A stretch of DNA of 33,678 bases from Octopus bimaculoides (lineage: Eukaryota), in NCBI RefSeq assembly GCF_001194135.2, contig NC_068986.1, positions 35,741,685 to 35,775,362 of the forward strand, read 5' to 3'. The notes under the pieces were generated by a model. The model had not been told where the DNA came from and did no database searches. It saw only the letters and a list, made by a program, of their open reading frames with translations. Positions 31,690 to 33,678 of the stretch are shown here, in pieces (position 1 is the first letter of the stretch; each line of letters begins with the position of its first letter). A program made the translations under genes and the position numbers.

Positions 31690-31775
31690 TATTACTACTT
31701 TACTTTATCGATCCAGATGTACGGAAGTACGAAAGGCAAAGCCAATGTCGGTAGGAGTTGAACTCACAAAGGAAG
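31690..31775 (-). mobile_element. Degenerate family-A SINE fragment
   Basis: ttactttatcgatcc...gaaaggcaaagccaatgtcggtaggagttgaactcac. Confidence 0.55.
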
Positions 31776-31804
31776 TGGAGACATCTTTTGTCTTTTATAT
31801 GTGT

Positions 31805-32172
31805 CTATCGTTAGACTGCGTCCATGATGAGACACCGCCTTGAAGAATTTTAGTCGAACGAATCGACCTAGATATTTATCAAGTCAGTCATTAATTTACA
31901 GAGGCGTAAATACACCAACAGCGGTTGTCAGTTAGTGGTGGGAGAAAAAGCACAAACACAAAGACACACAGACACACAAACACAAAGACACACAGACACA
32001 CAAACACAAAGACACACAGACACACAAACACAAAGACACACACAAACACATGACTGGCTTCTTTGGTCAGATTGAGACTATGGTAGAAGGCACCCAAGGT
32101 GTCATGCAATGGGACTGAACTCGGAACTATGTGGTTGAGAAGCGAACTTCTTACTTTACATCAATGCCTAAC
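31805..32172 (-). mobile_element. Composite SINE (B head + 24-bp minisatellite + C module)
   Basis: B head at 32052-32165 (gggactgaactcggaactatgtggttgagaag); C module at 31805-31935; spacer between. Confidence 0.8.
31951..32050. repeat. 24-bp minisatellite (cacaaacacaaagacacacagaca) x3 plus a partial unit
   Basis: Units start at 31951, 31975, 31999; partial unit from 32023. Confidence 0.9.
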
Positions 32173-32270
32173 TTTAGCAGCTAAATAACGAAAGGCATTT
32201 TGTCCGATGTTCTAGAGACTCTACAAATCCACCGTTTCATCATATATCATTATTATTAATATTTGTTCAG

Positions 32271-32460
32271 GGTGGCGAGCTGGCAGAATCGTTAGCACGC
32301 TGGACGAAATGCTTAGCGGTCTTTTGCTCGTCGCTACGTTCTGAGTTCAAATTCCGCCGAGTCGACTTTGCCTTTCTGGGTCGATAAATTATGTTCCAGT
32401 AAAACATTGGGGGTCGATGTAATCGACTTATCCCCTCCCCAGAATGGCTGCCCTTTTGTT
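32271..32460 (+). mobile_element. tRNA-derived SINE, family A
   Basis: ggtggcgagctggcagaatcgttagc...gagttcaaattccgccgagtcgactttgcc...ggggtcgatgtaatcgactt. Confidence 0.9.
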
Positions 32461-33340
32461 CAGAAAGTCTCTTGTCTCGCAAATGTATTTAGTTCTAGCC
32501 ACATAATTAAAATTTCCAGCCGCAGAAAGATGCTGTATTGAAATAGCAGTTCACTGATTATTGCTTTTAACGGAGGCGTTTTATCAGCTACATATACCTG
32601 CACGCACACACACGCACACGCACCACACACACTTGGGAGTACACTGATGTACAGACAGAGACACACGCTCAATCACGCACACGAATACAAGCTGTTGCGC
32701 GCACACGCAATCATACATAGTTTTTCGTAGCATTAATCTAATTAATACATTAATTTGAACATCAGGGATACAAATTGCTGGATGGGAAATATAAAGAACA
32801 CTTCGTCATTATGATTAAAGCACAGGAAAAAAAACTGAGAGAGAGAAAAGAGACAAATAAAGCGCAAGGGATAACTAAAATATAGATTACGAGAAAAGGT
32901 TTAAATAACAGTTTAAGAATTAAAACACTTGATCGAAAATTGACAAACAAAAAATCATCCATCCACGCACGTATACAATTGATGTACAATTAAAATCGCA
33001 GCCGTATCATTAGTGAATACAACAGGGAATTATTGAGACACAATTAATACGAAGAAAATGTGATGTAAAATGTACAGGAATGTTTCTCGTTCGCAAGCTG
33101 TCATGACAAGGAGAGAGTGAAAGAGAGAGAGAGAGAGAGAGATGGAGTGTGGGTGCGCGTGTGAGAAAAACAGAGAGACATGGAGAAAGAGAGAGAGAGC
33201 GAAAGAGACAGAATCAAGAAACACCCCACGATAACCATCAATGTAGGTAGGTTATGATATTTGCTGCAAGGGGATTAATGAATGTCATATACGCATCATA
33301 TACATGTATATACACATTCATAATATATTACATACATATA

Positions 33341-33535
33341 GGGCGGCGCGCTGGCAGGATTGTTAGCACATATTACGTTCTGAGTTCAAATTTCGCCGAG
33401 GTCGACTTTGCTTTTCATCCTTCCGCGGTCGATTAAATAAGTACCAGTTACGTACTGGGGTCGATGTAATCGACTTAATCCCTTTCTCTGTCCTTGTTTA
33501 CCCCCTATATGTTTAGCCTCCTGTGGGCAATAAAG
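33341..33535 (+). mobile_element. tRNA-derived SINE, family A (shortened head)
   Basis: gggcggcgcgctggcagg...gagttcaaatttcgccgaggtcgactttgcttttcatcc...ggggtcgatgtaatcgacttaatcc. Confidence 0.9.
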
Positions 33536-33567
33536 AATAACTATATTACATATGCGAGAGTGTGCCT

Positions 33568-33568
33568 A

Positions 33569-33603
<35 letters not shown>

Positions 33604-33606
33604 ACA

Positions 33607-33678
<72 letters not shown>
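33568..33678. repeat. (TATC)n then (CA)n microsatellite
   Basis: Direct read. Confidence 0.95.

Overview
AT-rich animal genomic DNA from a draft assembly, with 8 N-gaps and very dense microsatellites. The repeat families and microsatellite load resemble an octopus genome; this is an inference from recalled repeats, not a database hit. No host gene can be identified with confidence. There are only a few candidate exons with good splice signals (732-903 +, 16873-16933 +, 10525-10740 +). Nearly all supplied ORFs are artefacts of microsatellites or N-runs. The recognisable content is mobile DNA: several tRNA-derived SINE families (two copies with 10-11 bp TSDs), a 5'-truncated R4/Dong-type retrotransposon inserted in a (TAA)n tract, an internally deleted RTE LINE with a degenerate HDV-like ribozyme fold at its 5' end, two MITE-like foldback elements and a tRNA-Thr-like pseudogene. 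The most striking signal is a set of sequence-unrelated short elements that each carry a minimal type-I hammerhead ribozyme: 6002-6049 +, 26740-26779 +, 31495-31540 -, a core truncated by a gap at 27649, and degenerate copies at 26182, 26650 and 30043. Several lie in or next to inverted duplications. In one case the inverted copy is the antisense of the ribozyme's own core. This points to Penelope-like or retrozyme-type non-autonomous elements. All ribozyme calls are manual folds and untested.
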